Assembly (NCBI RefSeq): GCF_009914755.1
Contig: NC_060925.1
Direction: 5' to 3' (one strand)
Origin: the human T2T-CHM13v2.0 reference genome, Homo sapiens
Length of the DNA stretch: 64,000 bases
A program made the position numbers and the translations under genes. Of this stretch, positions 42,006 to 57,382 are shown piece by piece. Positions within the stretch are counted from its first letter, which is position 1, and every line of letters begins with the position of its first letter. The notes under the pieces were generated by a model. The model saw nothing but the letters and a program-made list of their open reading frames with translations. It was not told the DNA's origin and ran no database searches.

Positions 42006-42306
42006 GGCCAGGCATGGTGGCTCACGCCTGTAATCCCAGCACTTTGGGAGGCCGAGGTGGGTGAATCACCTGAGGTCAAGAGTTGGAGCCCAGCCTGGTC
42101 AACATAGCGAAACCCCGTCTCTACTAAAAATACAAAAATTAGCTGGGCATGGTGGCGGGTGCCTATAATCCCAGCTACACGGGAGGCTGAGGCAGGAGAC
42201 TCACTTGAACCTGGTGGGGCAGAGGTTGCAGTGAGCCATGATCGTGCCACTTCACTCCAGCCTGGGCGAAATAGTGAAACTCCATCTCAAAAAAAAAAAA
42301 AAAAAA
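42006..42306 (+). mobile_element. AluS inserted in a MIR
   Basis: TSD ccaagaagtc; MIR text at about 41810-42000 resumes after the Alu. Confidence 0.88.
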
Positions 42307-42661
42307 CCAAGAAGTCTCCAAAGGTCACGTTCTTAAACACTGTGCTAGACTATGGTGGAGGGTAGTAGGTTCAGACTGAGTGGCTCTGAGTGCAGAGCCT
42401 GAATTGTTAGCCACTCTGCTGCGCTATTGGTTCTGTCTCTTAAATAGCTCTTGAATGAATACACAGACTTTTCTCTTTCCATCTCCACCACCCTTGGTCA
42501 AGCTGCATCATCTCACCTGAATTATTGCACTGGCCTCTTATTTGGCCTTTGTCCTCCAATCTTAACTCCTCTAATTCGTTTCCACTCCTTCAGTAGCTAG
42601 ACTGACCCTTTAAAACACTAAGAAATTTTTAAATTCCCTGATTAAAAAACTTAATTGGGTG

Positions 42662-43262
42662 GGCCTGCCACAGTGGCTCATGCCTGTAATCCCAGTGCTT
42701 TGGGTGACTGAGGTAGGAGGATTGCTGAGGCTAGGAGTTCAAGATCAGCCTGGGCAACATAGTAAGACCCCATCTCTACCAAAAAAAAAAAAAAAGTAGC
42801 TAGCTGTGGTATCACATGCCTGTACTCCCAGCTACCCAGGAAGCTGTGCCAGGAGGATCACTTGAGCCGAGGAGGTCAAGGCTGCAGTGAGCCAAGATTG
42901 CACTCCAGCCTGGGCAACAAAGCAAGACCCTGCCTCAAAAAAAATTTTTTTTTAACTTCACTGGGGGGCCAGACACCTGTAATTCCAGTGCTTTGGGTGA
43001 CCAAGGTGGGAAGATCACTTGAGGTCAGGAGTTCGAGACTAGCCTGGGCAACATAACAAGACTCTGTCTCTACAAATTTTTTTTTTTTAATGTGCACCTA
43101 TAGTCCTAGCTACTCAGGAGGCTGAGGCGGGAGGATGACTTGAGCCCAGGAGTTCAAGGCTGCAGTGAGATATGATCACCACTGCACTCCATCCTGGGTG
43201 ACAGAGGGAGACCCTATCTCTAAAAATAAAAATGAATTAACAGCCAAAAAAAAAAAAAAAAA
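42662..43262 (+). mobile_element. Two tandem AluJ copies within an L2 relic
   Basis: Two consecutive dimers (about 42662-42945 and 42965-43262). Confidence 0.85.
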
Positions 43263-43867
43263 TACCCTAATTGGCTTCCTCTTGCTCCTAAGATTCTGAA
43301 ATACTTCCTGGAGCTGACAAGTCTCTGTACGGTCTGGCCCTGACAATTCCACCAACCTTTCCTCATCAGCCTCATCTTGCTCCACTGCCGCTCCCTCTTT
43401 TGGGTTCCAGCCACACCATTCCTGAACTTGCCAAGTGCCTTCTCACAACAGGAAGCTTTCCTAGACTGGAATGTTCTTCACTGCCCCCAGATCCCCTTGC
43501 TAGTTCGTTCATACTTATCCTTCGAAGCTCAGCTTCCCTGAGCCCCCAAATTAGATCAATGGGACTTTGTACGTCCCCTTCTTGGCACTTACAAAGACTA
43601 TGCGGCTTCTCTGCCAAAAAAGTAAGCTCTGTGAGGGCAGGGACAGTGGCTGACTTTGTCCTGTGTTCTCAGTACCTAGTACAATGACTTGGTTTATTGA
43701 ATAAACAAATGAATGATTGAAGGATTAGATAGGTTTAGGTTTGAATCCTGGCTCTACTCCTAATCATCTAGGTTATCTTGGGGTAGGTAGTTAATGCACT
43801 ATCAAGTACACTGTATCCACCCAACCAATGAGAAATATTTTGTTACTGATAATGAAATAATACTTAC

Positions 43868-43949
43868 TTTCCTGGTGTGGGCTCATGTTCACCTTTAAAG
43901 GATTTTGAATTCACTCTCTGAGAACAGATCCGTTTGGGTTTTAAAAAAG
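43868..43949 (-). CDS. AKNAD1: AKNAD1 coding exon, ~exon 14
   Basis: ctaacatttttcag acceptor; FLKPKRICSQRVNSKSFKGEHEPTPG+AA; donor gtaagt. Confidence 0.9.
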
Positions 43950-44103
43950 CTGAAAAATGTTAGCTATCATTAAATTCAGAGTATCAAAAATGAGCCCCAA
44001 ATGGTGCCTATGTATCATTCCTTGAACTTTTTGTATGAATGAAATATTTCATAAAATTTTAATAAATCAGAAAACTGGGAAACATAGACAACAAAGAACT
44101 TTT

Positions 44104-44971
<868 letters not shown>

Positions 44972-46692
44972 TTAAGATTCTAGGAGTAGAAATTAATGAT
45001 TATGTTACAAAGACAATTCCAGAAAATAGAGTCTAAACACAGAAGGAAAATGTGGAAAAGTCACCATGGAAAACAAGAAGAAAGACAGATAAAGGAAAAA
45101 AGACGAGTCAGTGGCCAAGAAATCTGCCTTCTCTGTCACCAAGGCTCCCTTCTCCCCTTCCCTTTCCCTCTTCTTCTTCTTCTCTCTGTCTTCCCCTCGT
45201 TCTCCCTCCAGGTCTCCTGTCTTATTCATTGGTGTCAAGTAGCCAGGCTTCACTCACACTCAGGAGGCTCCCGTTGGACAAAGGATGCTGGGAGAGATTG
45301 TCCCTCAGACATGCAAGGCAGGGCAGAAGCCAGAAACCAAGATTTAGTCATGCTGACCACCTAGACTTGGGGCATGATGAAGAGGCACTAATGAGCTCAA
45401 TCTTGATTCTTTGGTGGTCTCCAAATGTAATTTTGGATTTTACTGGAAACTCAGAGTTAGAAAGCACCACAGTGTCACCTGGTCCGGTTCTAGTCCAGTG
45501 TACAGATCTACAGCTTCCAGACAAAATCCATTGCCTTCCAGTCCACAGATGAGCTCACAACCTCCTGCCACAGCCCCCTCCATTTTCTGTCTGCTCTAGT
45601 TGCTGTAAGGGTCTTTGTAACCTGGAGGAAAAGCTGCCTCCTTATGACTTCTACCCCCTTAGTTAGCTAATGGAGTTCAAGATCACATTGTGGATGAATC
45701 CATTGCAGCCCTCGTTCGTATACTGGCATGACAAGTGTCACAGGCTGTAGACCTCAAAACCAAGGAGATAGTGAAGAAATCTGTCCTGTGGCTTCTCCAG
45801 TCTTAGTGACTGTCACTTCAAAAGAATACATGCAATTGGAGGATGTGGCAGCTGGAGGTGGGGAGGGGAGACACAGCTGAGGTCAGTCAGGTAAATGACA
45901 TTCTTAAGTCTTGGGCACTGACCATCAAGAAAGATAAGAAACATTCTCCCTGGTGCCCTCTCCCAGAGAAGGAGAGGAAGAGCTCTGAAGGTATGAGGCC
46001 AAGGATGTAGCGCCTGTCAGAGAACCAGGTATAGCTGTCGTTCAGTGGTAAAACTAGGAGTATTTCCTTCCCTCCTTCCTGTTCCCTTGGCACACTTTGC
46101 CCTGCTTTTTGAACTTACCCCATTTTGCTTTGAGCTCTCCTTATTTGGGTATGAGTTTCTTTCTTTCAAGAGCTTGGGAAGGAGCAGCCATGTCATTCAT
46201 CTTTTTAAATATGTGTTTGTAGGGTTTTAATTTTTTTTCAAAGACAGCAAATTTTTGCATTGGAAGTTAGCAACATGATGTCTATGGAGTGTAAAAATAG
46301 TCTACTTCTCTACATGCTGACTCTTAGTAGGGATATATGTAAAGCATTAGCCACCTCTGAATAGTAACAATAATAGTAGTGATTATCCAGTAAGTCATTT
46401 ATTTGTTCAGCAAACATTTATGGGTTGCTACCAACTTGCACTGGTGTAGCCCTTAATAACTTTCAAAGTCCTTGGTCACTGCGATTTCATATTTTCCAGC
46501 CCCAGCTCAGCCTCTTGCCATCCAGATGTAGGGCTGGATTTGGAAGTGTCAGGTGAGTGCACAAGACCTGGGCAGCAAAATGGAGAGGCCAGGGCTTCCC
46601 AGATGGAAGCAGTGGCCAGTGTCATGTGAATGTCCCATACCTGGGACATTAGGTTGTTGATATGGATGGGGTCATGCAGGAGATGTACTTAC

Positions 46693-46800
46693 AGGGTGAA
46701 GAGTTTTTACTTTCATCTAAAGAATGGGGCTGGACAAAGGCACCTCTTTTGCTATGATTTGAGTAATTCTGTCCTGGAGTGTTGTATCTATAATGAAATT
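46693..46800 (-). CDS. AKNAD1: AKNAD1 coding exon, ~exon 13
   Basis: cttttcttcccag acceptor; FHYRYNTPGQNYSNHSKRGAFVQPHSLDESKNSSP+T; donor gtaagt. Confidence 0.9.
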
Positions 46801-46888
46801 CTGGGAAGAAAAGATTAAAAATACAGTTAATTGCCTGGGAACAGTGACTGTCCCCACTCGCCTTTCTGAGGCCCCAGGTGAGTGTTAC

Positions 46889-47011
46889 CTTTAGTTGGTT
46901 CTTTCCTGCAGGCTCTTCGGGAGGTAGGAATCTTAGTGCCACAGTCCTGACATTTGTTACTCTGCATTTCAGTGCCAGAATCAGAACAGAAGCTGTGTCC
47001 TGTATCAGAAT
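46889..47011 (-). CDS. AKNAD1: AKNAD1 coding exon, ~exon 12
   Basis: ctttttcag acceptor; SDTGHSFCSDSGTEMQSNKCQDCGTKIPTSRRACRKEPTK+G; donor gtaaca; followed by an 88-nt intron. Confidence 0.9.
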
Positions 47012-47939
47012 CTGAAAAAGCCCAAGTTGCATGAATGAAGGGTAAGTGTCTTGATTATAGTCATAAAATATGGTGTGGAGAGCAGAGCTGTAACTGTGCA
47101 GGGTATGTGTTTGGCACCAAAGTGCTTAATGTCCCGGCTGTGTCACCAAGAGGAGTTGCCAGCCTGGGGTAACATTTGGGATTCCCTTCTGACAACTGAG
47201 AAATGTTTTGATAATTAACATTTCTTGTATGAAAATCTCAAGATGTAGCATACATATTTAGGCTTAGTAAAGGTCTGCTGAATGAATGGATCTGCGGCAA
47301 TTTGGCCCACTGAACTATCAGACAACCTTGTATTTGTATTTGTTTTTCCATAGTTGGCCTGATACATCCACATTCTTTCTCTCAGACCCTGCTGTGGCCA
47401 AGAGCTTGTATTTTGTCATCCAGACAACTGGAAAGATGGGTTTCTTCTATGTGACATTCATAAGCCTATAAGGGAACCTGAATCATGACTTTGCTCTCTT
47501 AGGCTCAAAGAAGCTAGTAGCAGACAGCATGTGTATCTGGTGCAGGTCTAGAACCTGTCTGGCAGGCTGTGGACGGAACAGCACTCCAGGTAAGGCCAGA
47601 GTATGAAAGCCTGGGGCCAGGCGGGTGAGCATGTCAGGACTGAATGTCCAAGCAACATCTCGCTGCAGGACAGATGCTGCAGTGACAAAGCCTCTTCCAA
47701 TGCTTCTTGCCTTACTGAACTCATGGTTAGACTCATTTTTAACATTAAAGTGAAGTCATCCCTGGCTGACATCTTGACTTTTAACATATTATACAATATA
47801 TAGTAACTTCATTGTATAATAACAAATCCATTTCATATTAGCAAATGGAATGAGTTTGAAGGCCCAGGGTTGAAGCCTGGCTCTGCTACTTATTAGCTAT
47901 GATGGTTGAAAATATGTTTACAAATTCTTTAACGTGCTA

Positions 47940-48165
47940 TTTTTATTTTTTTTGAGCCAAGGTTTCATTCTGTTGCTCCCAGGCTGAAATGCAGTGGCTC
48001 AATCATAAGCCTCAACCTTCTGTGTTTTTTTTGTTTTGTTTTGTTTTTATGTTTAAATATTGGGTCCCTATGTTGTCCAGCCTGGTCTTGAACTCCTGGG
48101 CTCAAGCAATCCTGGTTCAGCCTCCCAAAGTGCTGGGATTACAGACATAAGCCACCACACCCAAC
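47940..48165 (-). mobile_element. AluJ with deletion
   Basis: Partial dimer. Confidence 0.8.
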
Positions 48166-48180
48166 TGACACTCTTTAAAA

Positions 48181-48663
48181 TGTAGAGCCTAATTCCTCTC
48201 TCCTTGAGTATAGGCTGGGTTTAGTGACTCACTTCTAACAAATAAAATAAAGCGGTAGTGATGGCATATAACTTCCAAACCTAGGCCATGAAAGACACTG
48301 AAGCTTCCATCTCGGTATTTCTCTCTTGGATCACTTGCTCTGGGGGAAGCTGGCTGCCATGTCATAATGACACTCAAGCAGCCTATTGGAGAGGCCCACA
48401 TGTCGGGGAATTGAGACCTCCTGCCAATGCTCATGTGAGTGAGCCATCTTGGAAGCAGATCTTCCAGCCCCAGTCAAGCCCTCAGATGACGGCATCCTTG
48501 GCTGACATCTTGACCAAACCTCATGAGAGACCCTGAGCCTGAACCACCCAGCTAAAGTGCTCCCAAATTCCTGACCCACAGAAACTCTAAGATGATAAAT
48601 GTTTGTTGTTTTCAGCCTTAAGTTCTGGGATACTTTGTTACACAACTATAGATAGCTAATACA
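48181..48663 (+). mobile_element. MLT1 (MLT1F-like) MaLR LTR
   Basis: ctctgggggaagctggctgccatgt...gataaatgtttgttgtttt...tagatagctaataca. Confidence 0.75.
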
Positions 48664-48796
48664 CTCACTCACACTCACTCTTTGGTCCTGTCAAGTCACT
48701 TAATTTCTCTGAGCCTCTAGTTCCTTATCTATAAAATAAAGATAATCATTCCTGCATTACAGGGATGTTGTGAGAGTTATGTGACATACACTGGCA

Positions 48797-49420
48797 ACAG
48801 TTTTCAAACTTTTGATTCCAGAACCCTTTTACACTCTTAAAATTGAGGACCCTAAACAGCCTTTGTTTCTGTGGTTTTAATCTACCATAAAATGATAATA
48901 TATACCATTTTATATACCTGAGGTGAAAATCCCCCCTCATTAGAGAACACCTAGCATTCAACATTCAGTCCACTGCAGATGGATTGGTAGAGAAGTACTA
49001 ATGTATAGATTACTAGTCATTTTTTGCTTGTGCGAATCATTTAGATTTCCCAAAACTAAATGAGCAGTTCCAAGGCGCTTTTTTTTAGAATTTTAAACTG
49101 AGACGTTTAAAAGATAATTTTATTTATTATGGCATTTAAAAAGTAATAAATCCATGTCATATTAACAAAATAGCAGTTTTTAATGAAAATAACTATTTCT
49201 AAAAAATTTAGTGAGAAGAGTGGCATCATTTTACGTTTTGGCAAATATCTTGAATATCTGGCTTAATAAAAGGCAACTGGATTCCATAACTGCATCTCCA
49301 TCAGTTGCCTGTAATACTAGCGTTGCACAGCTATATGGCTGGTAAAGGAAGGACCTGGTGGCCCCCCCGAAAGGGTTTCAGGAAACCCCAGGGACCCTCC
49401 GATTACACCTGGAAAACCCC
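48797..49420. mobile_element. hAT-type DNA transposon relic
   Basis: cagttttcaaacttttg...ttacactcttaaaattgaggacc; family not resolved. Confidence 0.5.
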
Positions 49421-49954
49421 TACTTTGTTATACCATCTGGCATAATACGTCTTCAATCAATTAACCCTATTATTATTTGGAAATGTGTCATCTACAGAGA
49501 AGCCAGTGCAGAACCAAGTGTGACATAACAGAAGGCAGAGCTGGAGGCATGGCTCTGGGCCACAGGCAGTGCAGATGTAAGAAAGCCTGGGTAGCTCTCC
49601 AGTGCAGCTTCCTGGTGCATAAGCTGGGGAGACAAGCTGGGTAGGTAGGTTAGGCTCAGAGGTGATTTTTAAGCTCAGAAGCTGCCTGAGCAGAGGCCTC
49701 CAGCCCCACCTCTTCTCCCAGGGCAGTTCTGCTAGATGTTTCTCTCCTTAAACTATCTTTGAAGAAAGGATCTTATGACTAAAAGCCATTGAATTGCGTG
49801 TACTGGGGCACCTCCCAGCTCCAACTTTCTTTGCTTCTATGAAATGCATATATCCAAAGCAGCAGCAATTCTCACGTAGCCAGTAACCTTACCAGGTACA
49901 GTTATGGGTCATGTGGGAAGGATGAGGATGGACAGACTGAATGACATCTTGTGA

Positions 49955-50389
<435 letters not shown>

Positions 50390-50524
50390 TAAATACAACA
50401 TGCAACATCCTAGTGTAGGGAAATGCTCTTGGAGTGGCAGATGGCAAGCTGGTGCCTACTGCGAGCAGACCCCATGGGGAGGGACACTGAAAAAGGAGCA
50501 CCCAGCCCAAGCCCATCAACTTAC

Positions 50525-50622
50525 TGGGAGTTGAATCTGAGTGTGGTGCCTTTTCATGAAGGACAATTGAAAATCTTCCACAGTTGATCCTTCCGTGGCC
50601 CTTTTTCTCCACTTTTTGCTTC
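50525..50622 (-). CDS. AKNAD1: AKNAD1 coding exon, ~exon 11
   Basis: ccttttttttag-type acceptor; KQKVEKKGHGRINCGRFSIVLHEKAPHSDSTP+A; donor gtaagt. Confidence 0.9.
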
Positions 50623-50852
50623 CTAAAAAAAGGTGCATAAGATCCTGTAAACTTTTAGTGCATTTCCAATAGATAGGGAAAGTTTTGGTAAAGTTGAAAC
50701 GTTAAATTTTGTTATATTAGAGCCTGGAACAGTGTAGGAGGGGCTTGTCATCCTCTACACAGAGCTCTCCTCTGCCTGCCTGTTTGAGAGCTTTTCTACA
50801 AGAAATTGCACCCCAGCACAATTTGGCCTGATAAGAAAATGTATACAAGACA

Positions 50853-51207
<355 letters not shown>

Positions 51208-51272
51208 TCATCATATACACATTCACAAAACACATTTGAAGTATGGAATTATAAAATTTGGAGTTTTCCTCA

Positions 51273-51458
<186 letters not shown>

Positions 51459-51605
51459 CTATGCTATACGTCAGTAATGGGTCACGTAGCTTTGGTCCTG
51501 GAAGTACAAGCTGATTACATCCAACAACTCCAGCAAAGTGGGCTTTGCCGGGTGTCTGTGGGACTAAAGGCTGAGGGAGCACGTGAAGGTGATTTTAGTT
51601 GCACA

Positions 51606-51624
51606 TGGCCACCAGGTGGCGTCA
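51606..51624 (+). promoter_or_regulatory. CTCF binding motif
   Basis: TGGCCACCAGGTGGCGTCA, a near-consensus CTCF core in unique sequence. Confidence 0.75.
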
Positions 51625-53532
51625 GAAAGAAGCAACTGCAATGGACATTGTTCAGGAGCCTTCCTGTGGCCCACCTGCAGCTTCCTCCCTCCTCCTCAGA
51701 AATCCCAACTCCTCCAAAGGAATTCGAATTAATAACAGTTCTGAACAAAGCTCTTGCTAAGCTCCTGGGATACAGTCATAGCCCCCAGGGAAAGTTGTTC
51801 ATTCTTAGTATGGAAGGCACTGTGCCCGAGATATCCTGGCATAAATGAGGCAGATTGCCCAGGGCTAGGGTTTGAGCCCAAGGCATTGCTGGGCAAACAC
51901 ATGCTCGCCGCGCTGTGCCCTGGCCTGCTGTTGGCGGAGAAGGGATGGGGCTGCGGGTTTGTGGGGCTGGGGCTGAGAAGCCAGGCTCTTTCCCTCCTCT
52001 TGGAAAAACATGCTGTCCTCTTGAGTCACATATTTTCTCACACCTCATTTTCTGTCTCCACCCTTCTCCTCTGGGGCATTTGAACATCTGCTCTCCAAAG
52101 TGGGAAACTTGGATCTCACTCAAGTGCATGCAGTCCAACACAGGACTTTTTCTGCTTTTAAACTCCTTTGTGTACTCAAATCTTCTGGCCAAACATAATT
52201 CCTCTGGAGAAGACAGTTTTTCAACAAGACAAAGCAGCTAAAGTACACACTTAAATCCAAAGTTTTGCATCAGAAATAACATAAAGGGATAAGCATATTT
52301 TACATTTTATACATATGTAATTTATCCACTTATATATAAACAATTTACAAATATCCTGAAAACAGTATGTACCTCAGCAAGCTTCATAAAGGACAAGTCC
52401 CATCAGAGAGAGATTTAATCTTCTAACAGAAAGAATATATAGTCCTCCCTTCAATCAATAATTCCTCAGGGATTATGTAAGTTACAAGATTTTAATTCAT
52501 AAGTCATGTGTATCTTCTCATCACTCCCCAGCAGTGGATTCACTGTGAGATTTGATTTTACACTTGGTTGTGCTTGTCTTTCCAGCTTGTCTATCATAAA
52601 AAAGTATTATTTAGTCTGGAACATTGGTCCCTGTCTTGGTACTTAATGTACTTCTGTAGGGTCTAGACTAGGAATTTAGAAGAGAGAAATTTAGTACCTT
52701 GAGTGCTTAATAAAAATGGTTCTTTAATGTCAAAATACTTTCATTATACTTAGTAAAACCTTTAAAAATCCAAAATTAGACTTTAATTCAATAAATAAAA
52801 ATAGTAGGCCTGGGATGACTCAGTGAGTAAGCTTCATGAGTGCCCCTTGGATTAAAGGGCAGCTCAAAGCTGATGACTGACATGGTGGTTTAATGACCCA
52901 CACACAATGACACATGACCATTTTTAGCACGAGCTTCATGCAGTTTCTTTTTTCAGGGGTGGACACTCATTAGAACTCTTAAGGCAGGTGCCCATTCCCA
53001 CAATGGAATGCTTTCTAACAGGAAGCCTCAGTCTTTCAGACCCTGTCATCTGCTTCTATTAGAATCCATTACGTACATATAACAGTGGTTGCTAAACACC
53101 TGCTGCCTCCCTGACTCTTGACCTTCCAAAGGTCAATGAGCCGAGCTTTGGCCGGAGTCCACAGTGAGCTTAGAGGTAACATCTCTCGCTACCTGAAAGA
53201 AGCTTCAAATAAATGATACTGAATCGACACAGATTAATAGTTGCACCAATGGGTGTTTCAAAAACAAAGGATTTCTCCTGAGGATTTTACATGATTTACA
53301 GCTTGTTAGCTCTGGAAGATTTCGTCCTTAGGAATGGGAAGAAATCAGCCCTGAGAAGAGGGATGAGGCTTGTTCCTGGGACTGGGGGGCTCAGGTGAAA
53401 CCCAACAGAGAAGACTTTTGCTCATCATAAGGAGAGAGTAGGGATGGTGGGAGCTGTTTGTTATACAGGATAAGAATCCCCCATGTGGGCAATGATCAAA
53501 AGCCTACAGGACCACCCTCCGTGGGCTGTAAC

Positions 53533-53710
53533 CATGATTCTTAACCAAGGGGGCTTATCGGAATCACCTGGGGAGATTTAAAAGCAATATTCCTACCAGA
53601 GCCCCACCGCTGGCGATGCTGAGACAGTAGGTGGGATGGAGGCATGTGCATGATTGTAAAATCTCCCATGGTGATTTTGATGGTCTCCCCAGTTGAGGAC
53701 CACTGCTAGA
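53533..53710 (+). mobile_element. MER5-family hAT element
   Basis: ggaatcacctggggag...ggtgattttgat...ttgaggaccactg. Confidence 0.6.
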
Positions 53711-53876
53711 GGATCTGTAGGGTGCGAGGGAGGCTGGGCTCTGTGCCCAGGCCTGAGATCTGTGACTCTATAACTCAGCCAGTGGCCTCAGTTAGTTGCC
53801 GCCCACTCTCACTGGAGTTACTATGCCAGGACTGACTCCAATCCACCCTGGGAATGTAGCCACAAGAAGCCCTCAC

Positions 53877-53968
53877 CATTCAAGGAGCCTGCGACAGAAG
53901 GCACAGCTCGGACTGGGTGCCGTCATCTCTGCACAATCCTGCCTTCTTGGAGTGCCGTTGGGATCCTC
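53877..53968 (-). CDS. AKNAD1: AKNAD1 coding exon, ~exon 10
   Basis: gcgcag acceptor; EDPNGTPRRQDCAEMTAPSPSCAFCRRLLE+TG; donor gtgagg; phases consistent. Confidence 0.87.
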
Positions 53969-54963
53969 CTGCGCCACAAAGCACACAGATGGAGATGTGA
54001 TAGAGGATGTGACTCACGCCGCGGCTGCACACGCACAGCCCAGCAAGCAGCTGAGGTCCGGCTGAACTTGCCACCTCAGGCAGAGAGACTCGCCAAACCT
54101 CTCCTCCAGTTGGGGAAAGGGAGGCGCAGGGGGACAGGAGGGAAAGAAGAAAGAGCCCATCCTTAGTTCTGATGTGTCACTCAGTCGGGGCTGCGCCTCT
54201 AATGGCCTGGGCTGAAGAATGGAAGTTTCCACCCTGGCTTGCTTCCTTCCTCCTCTAAACAGATTTTAAAATCTGGTGTACAGATGACAGAATACTCTCC
54301 CCTTTTTATCTTTCCCTTAGTTTCAAATTACTCCAAGCTTCGCCAGATAATGAACAGATTTAGGAACATAATTTTTAGATCTATTAATCTGACCGCTGGC
54401 TAGTAGAGCTCTAAAAGCCTTTCTAAATAAATATATTCAACTATGAATTAAAACAGGGTTTAGGGACTGTCTGGGGGCCTAAATGATTGGTTATATGTCC
54501 CTCTTTAACACAAAACAATTACTCCACTGACCTGTGAGGGCTGTTACCACCCACTGTGTATTTTTGACTAAGGTCTTACCCTTTATGTAAGTAAAAAATA
54601 AATGTACTTTTCCCATCATTATAAACAATGGCAGAAGCATCATTGTACACATAGCTTTTTCCACATCTTGGATTACTTCCTGAGGAAATGTCTGGGCCAA
54701 AGGTTGCGAACATGTTTGTGTGATGACCCATATTGCCAAATTGCTTTCCACAAAAGTTGTACAGATTTCACAGCCACCAACAGTGTGGACGGCTCAGTTT
54801 GACCACACCTTCCTCTGCATCAGGAATTATCACTTGAAAATGTTTCTGTTAATTGAAGGGAGGGGTGTGTCACCTTTTGTGTTAATTTGCATTTCCTCTG
54901 TGACTAAAGGAAATAAGTCTGTTCCTATATGCTGATTTATTGGTTGTATTTCCTACCTGTGAC

Positions 54964-55256
54964 TTTTTTTTTTTTTTTTGAGACGGAGTCTCACTCTGTT
55001 GCCCAGGCTGGAGTGCAGTGGCCTAATCTCAGCTCCCGGGTTCAAGCAATTCTTCTGGCTCAGCCCCCCAAGTAGCTGGGATTACAGGTGCCCACCACTA
55101 CCCCCAGCTAATTTTTTGTATTTTTAGTGGAGACAGTTTCACCATGTTGGCCGGGCTGGTCTTGAGCTCCTGACCTCATGATTCGCCCACCTCGGCCTCC
55201 CAAAGTACTGGGATTACTTTAATTGTGAGTAATTGTGTGAGCCACTGCGCCCGGCC
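54964..55256 (-). mobile_element. AluS with small deletion and insertion
   Basis: TSD tac(c/t)tgtgacttttt. Confidence 0.85.
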
Positions 55257-55526
55257 TTACTTGTGACTTTTTAGCTCATGTCCTTTGTCCATTAATTTTC
55301 TTGGAGGGTTTCAGTGTTTTCCTGTTACCATTTGCTAGTTGTTCATGATGTGCCAGGTGCTTCCCTTATAGTCTCCTTAATACTTCCAACCATCCTGGCA
55401 CGTTGTCGCCATTTTAATGGTGAGTGATCTGAGGCCTGGCGGATTTAAGCAATTTGGCAAGGTTGCATCATGAGTAAGTGGGAAAGCTGGGATTTTAACT
55501 TTTACCTATCTGACTGGTATGCTGTG

Positions 55527-55858
<332 letters not shown>

Positions 55859-56551
55859 TAACCACAGTTCTGCTCCTTGGGGAATTTGTCACAGCATTTG
55901 ATATAATGAAGTTCTCAACAATGAACATTATTTGCCCTTAATATTTTCTCAGTTGTCTATCTACATTTTTTTTAATTGATGGTGGTTTCAGTTTTGTAAA
56001 CAACTTAAAATATCAATATTGTCAAGGAGGAGGTGCGAGTGGCCAAGAAACATATGAAAATAGATTGAGTTTCAAAAATAGCAAGATTAAAATAATGAGA
56101 TATCAGTTTTCACTTATGCATTTGGCAAAAGTTGGAAAAAGAAAAAAATGTCTGGGGTAGGCTCAAACTGGGGACACCAACATTCCCACGCACTGCCCTC
56201 AGCCTATAAACCCCCATGGACTTCCTAAAGGCCAGATTATCAGAATTTTCAGCATGTACCATTTGAACCATTAACTGCAATCCTAGGGTTTTATTCTAAG
56301 GAAATGATCAACTACAAATGTTTGCATGTCAAATGATGTTACCTGAAGCAGTGTTTATGATATCAAAGAACTGGAAAAAACTAAATCTCCATCAATAAGA
56401 GATTGTCTAAATGTGTCAGAGTACATTAGTATAATGAAATATAGTACAGTCATCAAAAATGAAGCGATAGTTTATTCTAAGTGATGTGGAGAGCTGCTCA
56501 AAATATAACATTAAATGAAAAGCATAAAACAATATATATAGTAAAATCCTA

Positions 56552-56910
<359 letters not shown>

Positions 56911-57382
56911 TTAGATTGATTTTCCTCTCAGTGGAAGTTTCTTCTTTATACTTTTCTTTATTTTCTCATTTCTCTTGTAATAAGCATGTATCAGTTTTAT
57001 AATTTAAAAAAAAAGGGTTTTTTCATCCATTTTTCCCATGGTTTTTTTTTTTTAATTTTTATATTTTATCATTGCTGAGCTTACAGGGTTACTCCTCCAC
57101 TGACATTTAAGGCAGATTTACATTAGCAGAATGCAGGGAGGTGCCCCTCCACCTGAGTTGGAGACCCGGGCATCACCTATCATTTACCCTGAACAAATAT
57201 CACCTTTCTAAACTACTCTTCCTCTGCAAAAAGTCTTTGCAAACTGTAAAGCTCTGAGCCAACATAATTATTATATCATTGTTTACTGCTTATTATAATA
57301 TTATAATATAATATCATTTAAGACCCCGGGGTTGGTAATCCCAGCATTTCCAATTCATTCGAAATGAAATAATCTCTAGACC

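Noticed and set aside
44996-45599. Overlapping ORFs up to 166 aa plus a CT-rich tract
   Set aside because: Driven by low-complexity sequence, with no recognisable domain or exon partner.
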